A stretch of 64,000 bases of DNA from Callorhinchus milii (lineage: Eukaryota). Shown here one piece after another: positions 22,641 through 36,795 of this stretch (the stretch's first letter is position 1; each line of letters starts with the position of its first letter). Where the stretch lies: positions 93,684,001 through 93,748,000 of the forward strand of contig NW_024704742.1 of NCBI RefSeq assembly GCF_018977255.1, in the 5' to 3' direction. The translations under genes and the position numbers were made by a program. Below the pieces are notes generated by a model, which ran no database searches, was not told the origin of the DNA, and saw only the letters and a list, made by a program, of their open reading frames with translations.

Positions 22641-24389
22641 TCATAGGAAACAGCTGATCATGTAGCATTAGTGTGATGAGGACCACATCATTATCACCGT
22701 ATAACATTAGCATCTATTTTAAAAACTTCTGAAGCTTGATTTCAAAATATGTCAACTTATTCTAGTGTTCAGTGTAATCTATTCTATTATCAACAATTGC
22801 AAGCCTTGACTGGGTTACAGTCTGGATTTGAAGGGTTAAAATGCAATCTGGCATTGTCTACACTACCCTTTGGTATTTTCTCCAGTTCTTTGTTTGGTTT
22901 GGTTTAATAACTTAAGTTATTTATTGCTGATTAGTTGAAGAGTAAAACTTTTTTGCTTTCCCCAACAAAATGTACTTTAACCCAAGTGTCAGTGGACCCA
23001 TTACTGCATCAGTAAGACATTTTTTCCATTTCCCATATATGTCCTTGTTGAAACTCTCTAATGCTTCATGAATCTTGCCAGTTAGGATCACTTCAATGTG
23101 GTTTATGCACCAAATTAATGTTAAAATAGCTGTACGAATTAGATTTTAGGGGCAATGAGTAAATCCGGAAAACCATATCCAAACTACCTCAGAAATAGTT
23201 TCAGAAATGGAATCACAACTACCAAACCGGTTTTACTGTTGGTAAATCATTTTTAAGCTTAGAAGAATGAACTTGAAAGTTCTTGGGTGGCCCATTCTTT
23301 TTAATGCTATTAAAGAACCAATTGCGTTCCTGACTCTTTAATAACATTAAAAACAGATCTGTCTTTTGGTTCTTGTTAGTGAAGCTCTGCGCATGCAGTT
23401 TGTGGCACATCTGCAGGGTCTCCAGCCCCCAGCGAGAGGACCCTGTAGAGGCAGTAATTATAAATCAGATTTCCCAATTTTCGAATTGAGATACTGAGGG
23501 ATGTGATGCCAAATTGCTCCAGTATAAAAGGGGCATTATTTACAGTGATCATTCAGTGCCAAATTAGTTCCCTGTTTGGAAAAGTCTCCTGCTGTGCATT
23601 CAGGCCTTTTATGAACTAAGATGATACTCCCCAATACCATTTCATTTAAGATGCTCACAATTGTCAGATAAATTATGTTTACCCCGTTGACTTTATACTT
23701 ATACAAACCTAGGGAAACAATTCTGCCCAACTATTCTAAAGAAAATTGATACAATTCTTGTTTTATTATTCATTTTGTTAATGCCTATATATTAGTTTAT
23801 ACAAATCAACACCTCATTCCCCTTTGAATATTTGGAGTGGGAGACATTTGTACATTCTACACTAATGCTTTTTAAGTATAATTCTACAAAGTTAAATGAA
23901 ACAGACAACATATTCCATGTTACTAGAATACAAAGCAGAACACTGTTCAGGTCTGGAGTTTTATGACTTGCAATTATTGGTGTTTATAGTTGCACAGTAC
24001 TCCAAGAGCTGTCAGAATTTAGCAAGATTATTCTTTGCTGAGCAGAGCAAATGCCTAACGCTCTCCGATTGTTACAATTTCCCCTGGGTTCAAAGCCTCT
24101 GAAACATTTGTTTTATTAAACATCATTTTAAGACAGCACTAAGCAGTTTAGCATCGTATGAGGTAAGTTGATATGGTGCTGAAATTTTGTGATTTCAGAA
24201 TCGTATCAAATGCATTATGATTCCCATATCAAATGGTAAATGCAAACTGCAAATCTCACACCATTGTGTGTAAACTGAATACTGGATTCATTTTTGGTAT
24301 GGCGTTATTATAGATAACTCAAAATTGGCTCCTAAATATTTGCTCAGTGAAGATAAGCGCCAAGTGGTTTGCTATTTTGTTGTACACCA

Positions 24390-25015
24390 TAGGTCCCCTC
24401 TGCCTGTTCAGGTGGACATTAATGATCCCACAGTTCTATTTGACAAGAAAAGGGAATTTCTCCTGGTGTCTCGGCCAATAATCCCTCATAAAATTGGTCA
24501 TTCACTCCATGGCTGTTTGTGGGACATTGCTGTGTGCAAAGTGGCTTTCGCATTTGCCCTCAAAAGACACTTTATAATATAACCTGAGACATCTCAACAA
24601 TATGAAAGGCACTATACCAAATGTAATGATTATTATTATTATTACACAAATCATGAAGTCGAACCAGGTTTAACCCTGATTTATGTTGAGATAAATGACC
24701 TCTGCTGGGGCAGCAGTGGGCTACACTATGTGATAATAATAGTAATAATCATCCTTGGATTTGATGTAATGCCTTATCACGTTGTTGACATGTCTGAATC
24801 AGCTTCACAGGAAACTCTAAAGTGGATTGACTGTGGGCGAAACACAATAATCAGTTGCACACAGCAGTGTCCCACAAACAGTCATGGAGTGAGTGACCAA
24901 GTTTCTCATGGTGTCCTGGCCAACAATCCCCCATCATGAGAAACTCGGTTCTCTTTTTGAATAATGGCATAGGATCTTTAATGTCCACCTGAACAGGCAG
25001 ATGGGATCTCATTGA
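24390..25015. mobile_element. Two old Deu-domain SINE fragments in opposite orientation (+ 24390-24645; - 24732-25015)
   Basis: CTGCCTGTTCAGGTGGACATTAA..GATCC and its reverse complement GGATCTTTAATGTCCACCTGAACAGGCAG. Confidence 0.75.
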
Positions 25016-25070
25016 TATATGGTGTAATTCTTTGCTAGTTTTGACCCAAACAACACTCAGCTGAAGGTTG

Positions 25071-25398
25071 TAATAATAATAATAATAATCCTTGCATTTG
25101 ATATAGCGCTTTTCATGTCAGGAGGACATCCCAAAGCGCTTCACAGAACACACTGCAAAGTGAATTGACTGTATATTTGTGGGCGAACGCGGCAGCCAAT
25201 TGCGCACAACAATGTCCCACAAACAGTCGTAGATTAAAAATGACCAATTTATTATTGTTTTTGGTTTTGGAGGGATTATTATTAGGCTCTGTGTGGAGTA
25301 AGGAAACTTGCCCAAGGTTTCGCCCTCTGCCTGGAATTGAACTCAGGTTTCTCACTTGCAAAGCGAGTGCTCTAACCACTGAGCTACAGGACTCCACA
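25071..25398 (-). mobile_element. Young full-length tRNA-Ala SINE, short form
   Basis: Near-identical reverse complement of the copy at 28421-28736. Confidence 0.95.
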
Positions 25399-26459
25399 GG
25401 ACTTTGTTGTATGTTGTACTCAATGTTTCCTTCGAGCTTTAATATGTGTTTCAGAGCTGCTAAAAATATGTTTGAAAAATATATAGTTTGCTTTCGAGAT
25501 TTACATTGTGAGGGAAGGAAGGCCTGTTTATGTATTTGTTCATTGCTGACCACAAACCCAGCCTAAGCAGCTGGATAATTCCTCTTCTAACTATAATTCA
25601 ATCTCTGCATAAGGACATCGTCTGTTTCATTTCATAGGAGCAGTTGAGATTTAACGATTTGCCCTTTGTTGGAGAATTGTTTTTTGAGCGTTTTTCTCCC
25701 CTGTGCAGCTCTCTTATCAACTACACTACTGGATAGGCCGAATGACCATTTCTGGGTTGTAACTTCTGTCAAAAAGTCTTTCAAAAATCACCCTAGCACA
25801 TTGTTGGGTGTGATCCCAGCCACCTCAGATTTATATGGGTGTTGGTGGAAACCAAAAAATAACATTGTGATGAACCACAAACCCATTGGCATTGTATTAC
25901 AGTAAAAAGGTTGCACCATGACAGCTATGTCTTGCAAAGTGGAAGACGTCCTTTGGATGAGACGTTAAACCCAGATCCCATTTATGTTTGTTCAAGGTGG
26001 ACATTTGGAAAAGAGAAGGGAGTTTCTCCTGGTGTTCTGGCTAACAAATACTCCAGATAAAATTGATCATTCACTTAATGGTTGTTTGCTGTACACAAAT
26101 TGGCTGTTATGTTTATAATAACACCAACAACAAAATTACATTTGTATAGTGCTTTTCACATCGGGAGGTCGTCCCAAGGCGCTGGACAGACAGGGTTATG
26201 GAACCAAGCTGAAGGACGGGGTGATAATCCTTGCATTTGAATACATAAGTACGTAGGCACAGGACTTTACAATAAATCATGTGAAGCCCTTTGAGACATT
26301 TTGATGATGTAATAAAGTGCTATATCAAATGTAAGGATTTTTATTAAGATATTATCTTAATAATATTTCTGTCATTTTTACTCAGAAAATTATTGAAAAT
26401 ATTTGAAAATGTTAAAATGTTAAATATTACTATTGAACACAATTGAAAGTTCATTTTTG

Positions 26460-26930
26460 AAACTTTTCTTGCTCGGCGGAGGTTGTGAGTTCTGGGAAAA
26501 GGAATGTATCTTGGTGTCTGTCCTGAAATTGTCCTTTGCAACCCAAAGCCTGTGTCCTATTGGTCTGCTGTCTCGGTATATCTGAAAGCAATATTCTTGG
26601 CTGACTTTCTCAGTCTCATTTAAAATTGTATATACCCACTAAGACTTCTCCTTTCAAGATTTGGCAATATAGCCCAAGATCATTTTTGCCTTGTTGACTA
26701 TTTACTGCTGCTTCACACCATTGTGGTGAGCAATGAGTCAACCATCACCAGTAGATCTCTTTCGGCTTCCCCCCTTAGTAAGTTGTATCCTATCCATGGA
26801 ACACATATGCCTCATATTCTTAATTCCTATATGTGGTACCTTGCATTTATCTGTATTGAACTTCATTTGCTAGCCTTCAACCCACATTCATACACTATGA
26901 AGTCCTCTTTATAAGAACTTTATTGACTTC
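26460..26930 (-). mobile_element. Degraded CR1 fragment
   Basis: Minus-strand remnants FNTDKCKVPHIG, RDLLVM, KMILGYIA. Confidence 0.65.
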
Positions 26931-28420
26931 TCTGATTCTAATGTACTGGTGTAAATCTTTCGACTTTCATATGAAACATTACAAACGTTACCTTACTATT
27001 TCTTGAATGAGTCTAGGGAGAAGCCTTTATAGCACAACTCTGTTGATAGAATAAATTGATGCTTAAAATGGGAAAAATAAATCAAGATTGTTATTCCCAA
27101 TTATTTTGATAGTATTGATGTCATGTGACTGAAACAGCCTGTGGCATCTGAGAGCTGCTTTTCTGAGAATCGCTCTGACCCTAACACCTTCATGTGAAAA
27201 CTTCCCTTTCTGATGCAGCAAAATTATTTTTTTTTCTTAATGTAATTTATCAATGCGAACTCAGTAGCTCTCTCTGTTTGGATCTCATTGCTTCAGTTAC
27301 TGCTGCAAATAGTACTGTACAAATTTGTAACAGATGTGAGAATGTTTTTTTTTATTTCCACTGACAGGTCTAGCAAAATGCAATGGATTAATTTGTTCAA
27401 GACAGAATTTATGAAGTCCTCTTATTTCCCTGTACACAGCTTGACTCGATTTACTGATCAACAGCACCTGTTAAAAATCTGCCACCTTTCACTCCTGTAA
27501 TCAGATTACATTTATTTATGCCTCTGGTGACCAGCAAAAGTTAAAAGAGCAGGTTACGCTAGAAATGTTTAGTTTACCTGATAATATCTCAGGTCAGGAC
27601 TCGAAAAAAATTCTAAGTGATGATATATACGCACGCATATGTTCTTCATCACATTCATGCTAATATTCTAAACACCCAAGTTGAATACTATAATAGAGCT
27701 AACAATGCACGGAACATTATTTTTTTTAAAAAAGTTCATTCAGTGGCATAACAACTGGGTCAGACCTAAACATGGGCAGAAGGCTAATAACCTTGGGATT
27801 CCTGACAGAACAAAAAGACTTGGAGACATTGTACTGAGAAACTGACAGGACAACCTATTTACCGTAACTTATTACGTACTACAAAAATCCTGGCATAGCA
27901 AATTGATGAGTTTAAATATATGCTGATAAAGAGACAGAGTTGTAGGTGTTGAGATTGTCTGGGAGACAATTCCTAAGGCAACAGAAGCTGAGTTTGAGCC
28001 TTTGACACTGGCATTCTTGGTGGAATCATTGGATTGAGACATATCGTTGAGGTGTAGTTGCGACAGTTTTGAGTTCTCATCTTATGCTTGAGGATCTGGG
28101 TCACTGACAACTCTTTTCAGTGCTGCTCTAGTCATACAATACTGACAACCTAACTGTATCTCTTGCAACTTGTAATAAGTGGACTTTGGCACAAAGTAGG
28201 CCATCCCCATGAAGCCCAGAGATCTTCCTAACAGGCTATGGACTGGAGCCAGGTGTAAGAGAGATGGGTGTTCTCTTCAGCCTGCCAAATAGGGATTTAG
28301 TATTCTATCACTGAGTGAACATAGGGTTTACAGAACACTGAAGATTGTCAATGATGACCAGTAGCACTGAGGATTCCTATTCTTCTACAGGCTTTTCCAG
28401 CCGTTTTTACACCATATATT

Positions 28421-28736
28421 TGTGGAGTCCTGTAGCTCAGTGGTTAGAGCACTCGCTTTGCAAGCGAGAGACCTGAGTTCAATTCCAGACAGGGCGAAAC
28501 CTTGGGCAAGCTTCCTTACTCCACACAGAGCCTAATAATAATCCCTCCAAAAAACAAAACAACAATAAATTGGTCATTTTTAATCCACTACTGTTTGTGG
28601 GACATTGCTGTGCGCAATTGGCTGCCGCGTTCGCCCACAAATATACAGTCAATTCACTTTACAGTGTGTTCTGTGAAGCGCTTTGGGACGTCTTCCCGAC
28701 GTGAAAAGCGCTACATCAAATGCAAGGATTATTATT
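28421..28736 (+). mobile_element. Young full-length tRNA-Ala SINE, short form, TSD ATATATT
   Basis: GTGGAGTCCTGTAGCTCAGTGGTTAGAGCACTCGCTTTGCAAGCGAGAGACCTGAGTTCAATTCC head; ATATATT at 28414-28420 and 28737-28743. Confidence 0.95.
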
Positions 28737-28801
28737 ATATATTACATGAGTTTATTAAACTCTGTAGGCAAATGTTTGCAACTGAAGAGTGTTTGAGTTG
28801 A

Positions 28802-29130
28802 ATGTGGAGTCCTGTAGCTCAGTGGTTAGAGCACTCGCTTTGCAAGCGAGAGACCTGAGTTCAATTCCAGGCAGGGCGAAACCTTGGGCAAGTTTCCTTA
28901 CTCCACACACCTAATAATAATCCCTCCAAAAAAAAACAACAAAAAAAAAATTGGTCATTTTCAATCCACGACTGTTTGTGGGACATTGCTGTGCGCAATT
29001 GGCTGCCGCGTTCGCCCACAAATATACAGTCAATTCACTTTACAGTGTGCTCTGTGAAGTGCTTTGGGACGTCCTCCCGACGTGAAAAGCGCTATATCAA
29101 ATGCAAGGATTATTATTATTATTATTATTA
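28802..29130 (+). mobile_element. Young full-length tRNA-Ala SINE, short form, TSD TTGAGTTGA
   Basis: Same head, body and tail; TTGAGTTGA at 28793-28801 and 29131-29139. Confidence 0.95.
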
Positions 29131-29989
29131 TTGAGTTGAGTGGGCACTATCAGTCCGTTTATCTTGCCAGATTCATTGAATTTGCACTGAAGAAACCATA
29201 ACTAGCCTACAGGACTTCCCCCATAAAATATACATTCACCACATTTTATGGTGTATACCGTGAAGGACTTTGAGACGTCCTCCAGATATGAACGTTGCTA
29301 TATCAAATGCGAGAATCATTATTGTTAAGACCAGTTTGTCTTAAATTTTAATCTAAAAGATGCGCAGAATTGTGGAGAAATATTAAATTTAATCTTAATT
29401 TGGAGATCAGTTTCCCACATTTCTTAAAAAGAAGTGGTTTGTAAATTAAGACCAAACATAAATTTATATAGTTGTATGGTAAATGGGCAAATAGCTTTGC
29501 AGAGAGTCAGCACAGGCAACATGGATTGAATGGACTCCCTTGTAACTATAAAATTCTACGGATCTTTACCATATAAAATTTTAAGACAAAGTGATTTTGA
29601 TTGCTAAGGGAACGTAGCATTTTGAGTCGTGTTAATCCATAGTGGCCAAATACACAGTTGAAAGAAGTGGTGTGTGAAAAATGCATCCTTGAATGATCAA
29701 GCTAAAACCCCATCATTGCCACTTTCTCCTAATCAAGGTTTTTTTTACTTATATCTATGTGTTTTACATGAGCTGGTGTCACCTCTCGGTGAAGTGTTTT
29801 ATGAGATATGGTACGTCACAAAATTTGGATATGGATTTGGATATATACTATGTATGACATGATAGTGATAAGATGCAGTGATGTTCTTGAGTTATCAAAT
29901 GCTACCAACCCTACAAATCTGTAACTTCTAATACAGCTGAAATAAAATGTGATATTAAAAGTTAAGATGTATGTATTAAATATAACAAT

Positions 29990-30415
29990 ACAATACAAAA
30001 TTACATTTGTAAAGCACCTTTCACATCGGGAGGACGCCCCAAAGCGCTGAGCAGTCAGGGATTAGGACGGGGTGTGCGGGGTTTGGGAGCATGGAGGGTG
30101 GAGGGCAGAGAGAGTAGGAAGGTGGCCGAAGGCACAGTTGAAGAGGATGGTCGTAAGGCGTTCCTTGAAGGAGGCGAGGGAGGGAGGTGAAGGGAATGTG
30201 GGATGGAGTTCCAGAGGGTGAGGGCAGAGAGACTGAAAGGCCGACTGCTGATGGTGGTGGTGGGGGGGACCAGGTGGGGGACATGGAGCAGGTCGGAGCC
30301 TGCTGAGCGGAGAGACGGACAGGTTGATAAGGGGTTAGCAGGTTGCAGAGGTAGGAGGGGATATAGCCATGAAGCGCCTTGAAGGTGAGGACAAGAATTT
30401 TGAACTCAATAACGG
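29990..30415 (-). mobile_element. L2 LINE 3' end
   Basis: IEFKILVLTFKALHG..PSYL motif, plus a tail like that at 18891. Confidence 0.9.
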
Positions 30416-30589
30416 ATCTAAACACAAACAACTAAAGGCCAAAGCATTCTAGAGGCTATTCGTTGGTCATCATTTTTTAATGAAAATAAAAGTCGTCTAA
30501 GTCTTTTTTTCAACATTTTTATAATGTAAAGGATAGTTAGAAAAAATTTGCAATTGTTTAAGCAACCAGTGTAAAATGTCAACCAGATA

Positions 30590-30930
30590 TCAGCCTGGCT
30601 CAATTTTGGGAGTTCTCACCTCTGTGTCAGAAGGTTGTGGGTTCAAGCTACGCATCAAGCCTTTAACCTCATAGTCATTTTGCTCCATTTTAATGCAGGG
30701 TTGGAGCCATTTTTCAGATGCGAGATTAAACTGAGATCCTGTCCATCTGTTCATGTGCATATTATAGATCCCATCGCACCACTCGAAATAAGAAGGGAGT
30801 TCCTTCTAGTGTCCTGGCCAACAATCCCAATATAAAATTAGTCATTCACTTTGTGGCTGATTATGGAACATTGCTGTGCACAAATTGGCTTACACATTTG
30901 TGTACAAAATAATAAGTATAAAGTGCTTGA
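30590..30930 (+). mobile_element. Old Deu-domain SINE
   Basis: CAGCCTGGCTCA head, GGTTGTGGGTTCAAG, Deu-like body. Confidence 0.7.
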
Positions 30931-32539
30931 AGTGAATTATCATTTCAATTACTACTAGCATTATTCACCACATAAGTACATAATGAAAATAACTTAAATA
31001 TCTTTTGAATAAAACTTTAAATTCAAAATACATTTAAGTTTTTATTTATATTGTAAAATTCATTAACCTTAGAGTAGGAAGTTTACCCTTACATAAATGA
31101 TAAAATAATAATATTTATAATATACAAGGTTGTGAGCAAATTAGAATGAATAGATTGTTTTGATGTTGACACAGACTCTGAACTATATTGCATGCAGAAT
31201 TGTATATGTTCAGAGTCTATCCGCTCTGCAATGTAAAAGATTTACTTGCATGGGAACAAAACATGCTAAAACACATTTCCAGTCTCATTAGTGATTCCTT
31301 CAAGTAGGGCCGAGTACAGCCAGAGAGTGGTTAAAAGATTGCCTGCTGCATTATTCAAGGCTCAACCACTATTTCCAGTTCAAAAGCCTGATAAGTAGCG
31401 GAGAAATTAATCATGTAACAAGATTTCTCATGTGAAAAACATCTCTCGCTGTGATACAAAAGTCTGTGTTATCATAATTTAGCTGTTGTTTACTATTTTT
31501 TTCAGAACTGGAAATAGTTGCTCAATTGCTGTGGGCTTTAGTGTTTTTTTCTCTTAAATCCCTTCTGGCTTAGAATCAACTTGCGCTGTATTCACTTCAC
31601 ATTGAGTTGCACAATAAAGGTTCCTTAGTTAATTATTTTATAACACAAGACTAAAAACAATTAACCTGAAGTTTAAAACGCATGGCACTTGCGTTTAAAA
31701 CACAATCCAAACAGAATGGAAAAACTCCTAAACTGTGGGATTTTTTGGGGTCATGGAATAAAAAAATCCTATTACTTACGATGTTCAAGGTGAAGGTTTT
31801 TAAAAGAAAAATAAGCTCTTTCCCAACTGTTGTAATGATTTATTTCTATGGAATTTGTTTGCCACAACACAATGTCACTGGCATTAGGAGTTCCAGTGTA
31901 TGAGAGGCTGACTGTTTAAGCACGACTGGCTGATAGTTTGCTGATATAAAATACAACTCAAGTTCGGGTACAGTGAGTGACTAGCTCAACTGAGCCTTGG
32001 ACTACTTTTTACTAGGCTCTAAAATAATCTAAAATAAAAGGATTGCATTATCCGGTTGCCAGTATGCCCTGAAACTATAAGCATATTTTGCAAAACAAGA
32101 TTACAATCGCAACACTGTTTCCTGTAGTTGCACTGGATTAATTGTATCCCTCCCCTTCACATTCTTCATTCTCACAAAGACTCGGGTGAATTCTACCAAA
32201 GTGACACATAATAACCACTGTTACAAGATTAGAAAATCATCGGAAGTATTTTTTCTATGATTAATTACATAATTAAAGGAACTTATAATTTCCTCTGTAG
32301 GCATGTGCTCACACGTGGTTAGCCCAACTTGCAAATTAGATGCGAGTGTTCCCTAACTGTATTTCTCCACCTTCACCCTTGATTCCAGCACTGCCTGTCC
32401 AATATAAAGTCCTTCTTCAGGTTTCTTTCAACCTTTGCTTCTCCTGGATCACTTCCAGACAACTCCAGAGCATTACCTGCTTATATTCTAACACCCTTCC
32501 CCCACCACCACCACACACGCACTGGTATTGAAACCAAAA

Positions 32540-32965
32540 TCAGATAGACTTTTCCAAAGCTCTTATGGGTGGTCTCCCTAGCTCTACTCCCTAGGACTTC
32601 AACTCAGCCAAAAATTCCTCATGCCACGTTGTCTCCTCCTCAGATCTCCACACACCTAGTACCTCAATCTCTCCAAGATCTGTACTCTCGGTGCTTCAGT
32701 GGATCTTTAAGATCATTGACTCGGTTTTGAAATTCGTCCACATTTTTGTACCCATGTAATCTCTTCCAGCTCCAATCTCCAGCTGGTACCCTCCACTCTT
32801 CCAATTCTGGTCTTTTGCCCCCTTCTCAATTATCGACAGCATTGAGAGCCTACCTTCAGTCACCATGTCTTCTGGAACCCCTTTTCGAAAATCATTTTGT
32901 CCTCTGCCATCTCTCTTTAAAAGAGTCCTAGAAACATATTTCTTCAACCATGCCTCAGTCAACTT
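32540..32965 (+). mobile_element. Highly degraded L2 3' fragment
   Basis: GGLPSST, QLSQK, LSL*KSP..TYFFNHA remnants. Confidence 0.55.
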
Positions 32966-33033
32966 TTTAAATCGTCAAGTGTTTTGAGATGTTTATATGT
33001 AAGATATTGTATAACTGCAAGTTGTTGTGTGTT

Positions 33034-33350
33034 AATAATAATAACAACAATCCTTGCATTTGATACAGTGCTTTTCACGTCTTCTAGACGTCTCAAAGCA
33101 CTTCGCAGAATAGACTGTAAAGTGAATTGACTGTATATTTGTGGGCAAAACACAGCAGTCAATTGTGCACAGCAGTGTCCCACAAACAGTTGTGGATTGA
33201 AGTGACCAATTTATTATTGTTTTATTTCTTGTTGAGGGATTATTATCCGGTGTGTGGACTAAGGAAACCAAAGTTTCATCCTGCCGGGAATCGAACTCAA
33301 GGTACTCGCTTACGAGGCGAGTGCTCTATTCACTGAGCTACAGACTCCAC
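33034..33350 (-). mobile_element. tRNA-Ala SINE, diverged short form
   Basis: Ends CACTGAGCTACAGACTCCAC; (AAT)n at the left end. Confidence 0.9.
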
Positions 33351-36300
33351 TAATGTACTGCACAGCCAAATGCCTTGCTGTTTGAAAGAAAGCTCCCTAA
33401 AATAATGTCATTGCTTGTGGAAAGTACAAACCATTAAGCATAAAACAATGATTTAGATTCATATTCAGAACATCTGGTAAGAGAAATTACCATTCATCCA
33501 ATGAAGCCTGCTCTTTCCATACCTCTTGTTGGACTATAATGTGATTAATCTCCTTGCTTGACCCCTAACTTCAAAGGAATATATGCTTCTTTTCTAACCT
33601 TGTAGTAAGCAAGCAGAGCTGTTGTTATTCCTACGTCTGTGAACTCACCTTTGCCTATGGCCACTGAAGCCTAATGTGCAAAAGGGGTGGAATGTGTCAA
33701 TTATGACTTACGAAAACTGCCAAAGATGCAAATAAGTTAGACTGAAGAGCAAAGCTCAATGTCCACACATCTCCACATTTTGCTCCTCAGCTCTGTCTTT
33801 CACCGCTGGCTTCAGAAATTGCCAATGCCTGGGACTACAGAGGCTTCATGTCGTGTTTCCTGCCCTTGTTACTGAGATTGCAAATTAGACATCACTGTTT
33901 CAAGTCTCTTCTAAAGTTATCAATTGACCTAAAATTAATTACTGTTTAGGCGTGTTTTCCATATGTCTACTATTTCAATGTGGTTGGGGGAATTGTTCTA
34001 TTCTATTTTGTGGTTTGAGTCTTGCAAATTTGGAACACATATGCACCAGCCTTATCCTAACAACTCACAACCTAAATGGTGTTTATATTTACATGCAACA
34101 TAATTGCCTTGTTTCCCTTCAGATTTTATTGCTGGAAAAACAAATGCAGATGTCTGAGCCTTTCTTAATAACAATCTCGTAAAACTTGAAATCATCATTG
34201 TTAATTCTCTCCGAACATTTTCCATTCCATTTATGTCCCTTTTGAACCAAAACTGCACCAGAACTGTCTTCACCAATGATCTGTAGTTATGTTCATCAAC
34301 AACAGGATGAAATTATACATGGGGTAGCGTCCCAGAGTGCTTCACAGTGGCAGAGTCTTGGACTGACACTTTATCACATTCCGACATGTTGAAGATGACT
34401 TTAACTTTTCATAATGGGTGAAGTTTAACGTATGGAAGAAGCTAGTTGCACGGATGTGCATAAATTGCACAAAAGGCATCCAGCTAAATTTTGCATTGAG
34501 CACACTAAAAGTTTCTCACATTTTACCAACTTTTACCAAGGTTGTCTGCTCCAATTTGAGCTTGCGGGAAAGAAAGAGATTTCCTTTCATTCAGTATGCG
34601 ATATCATGGCAGAGAACATGACACAAATAAAGGAGGAAATGGCCATCGTCTTCCTTCATTTCCTTAACTGAACAAATAGTCGTTTGTGCCAAACTGCTCA
34701 ATGTTTCTGGCAACAAGGCTGTCTAACCCATTTCCCTTAAACCAGTTGCTAGAGCTCAATATGCACCTCTGGTGACTTGATAGCCACACACTATTTGACT
34801 CTCCAATTTACACTTTTGTTCATCTACAAATACACATTCATTACACTACACAGTAAAATCCTGTGAAACACCAAAATATTTCAATGACGCAATAAAGTGT
34901 TATATCAAATGCAAGGCTTATTATTAACAATAGTAATAAAAAAACTAATATACTTTGATTCTATGTATCTTCTTTGGAATTTCAGCCCCAGTACCCTTTC
35001 AAAAGTGTGTTCTTTACTTAGAATCCTTGATATAAAAATCTCACTTGGATAGCGTGGGCAATGATTGTTTTCATTCCCGTTTAATAAAGAATAAAATGAT
35101 GAACATAAACTAGCAGCAGCCTGCAGTGGAGATTTGTTCAGTCTGTCCTCAACATGCCTTTTGTTGATCCCGTTCCCTTGTTCAGTTTACATCTTTCATT
35201 CCTTTAGCAAATTCTGTCAGTTCCCATGTCCTTATGGTTAGAAAGGATAAACATCAACAATTTTCTGTTTTTAAAAGGGTTAATTTATAAACAGTCCACA
35301 CCACACCCCCACCAAAAAAGAGCAAGATTGCACTAGGGACACAATGCATCACTCTTCCAAAACTAGTCTATTGAGAGCTTTCATATGTTGGTGTAGAACT
35401 CTGTGGAGGGCAGATGTGCCCCCGCCACCCATCATGTGCGGTTCGTATATAGAAATTAGTTGACCCCTGTTCTGGAATGTGATATGTGTGCTCACAATGG
35501 AAACAAGCTATCATGTGCTGGCAGCTTATTATTGGCAGTATTCGCCAGAACAATCTAGCTCTTGCTTTTGCCCACAACATGTCGCAACGCATTGTGTTAT
35601 GCAGCGTTTCGAATTTGGCAAATGCTGTGAGTTCCAGCAGCCTCACCGTGCAATAAGAATATGAAGCATGGCAAATGCATATGCACGGTAGCATAACCAG
35701 AAATAGCGAAACATCAGACAGGATTAGCGGTTAAAGATTTAGCCAAGTCTTCAACCCACAAGTACAGTACCTGATTGTAAGTATTTTGCATTGCTCAACT
35801 GTGAATAATCTATCCCATCTGGGGACACCTACACACAACCCAGAACTGGAATTCTCTGAGCAAAGTACTCTGTCAATCTTGAACATTTTGAAAGCATTTG
35901 TACAGTACTTAACTTTGATCAGTTTCACCGAGGTACAATCATTTTATTTCAGTTTTATCTAATTAGTCTTCAGTTTTAGTCTTACGGGAAAAAAACCTCA
36001 TCACTGTAAAATAATAATCTGATAAATATTGGATTTCTCTGCGGGTTACAATGTGATTGTATGTAGCTTTCATACCTCAGAAAGGTCATGATCATTTGGC
36101 TGGAATATTTCATTGTTTTTATCTCTGAATACTACCAATTATCTCCAATCAGAACAGAATAAAATAAGAGTGTCAAATGGAACTATATCATCAGATCGTT
36201 GTTATTCTTTACTTAGGAAGGAGCTTATTGGAAATGGACAGAATAGGTTCTTATCCCAGTACTAGGGTAGAGGAGAACAACCTGGCAGCAGAGGGCTAGA

Positions 36301-36635
36301 GATTCCGAATTGCACTCCTCAGCCTTATCCCTTCTCAGAATCTCAGAATGGGGTAGTTCCCCTATAAATTCAATTTTCACTCAATCTGAGCAAGGAAGGG
36401 AATGTGGGGTGGGGGTGAGTGGGCAGTGGACAAAGGCACAAAGAGGTAGGATTTGAGCCAGGACTTAAAGATAGAAAGAGTAGGCGTGAGACAGAGTGGT
36501 AGAGGGAGGCAGTTTCAGGGATATGGGCATAGGAACTCAAGGCTCAGCCACCAATGTTAGAGCAGAGAGAGCAGCAACTTAACCGCAGCAAGACCTAGTT
36601 ACATGTTGCTGCATATTGGATAACAAGATGTACAT

Positions 36636-36795
36636 GACCTTTCTTTTCGACTGCGCCTTTGATCACTTTCCTTCCCCTCCCCCTGGCTCGGCCCCGGGAT
36701 CTGTTACTGTGAAGCGCTCTGAAACGCTGTCCGGCATGGAGGGCGCTATATATAAATCCAAGTTGTTATTGTTATAAATCCAAGTTGTTGTTGTT
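36636..36795 (+). mobile_element. Short L2 3' end (same family as 1410-2905) with 14-bp TSD
   Basis: CCCCTGGCTCGGCCCCGGGATC matches the 3' UTR at ~1485-1505; CATATTGGATAACA at 36612-36625 and 36797-36810. Confidence 0.85.

Noticed and set aside
28422..28495. tRNA-Ala gene(s)
   Set aside because: No acceptor-stem closure, and the sequence continues into a SINE body with a tail and TSD; these are SINE heads.
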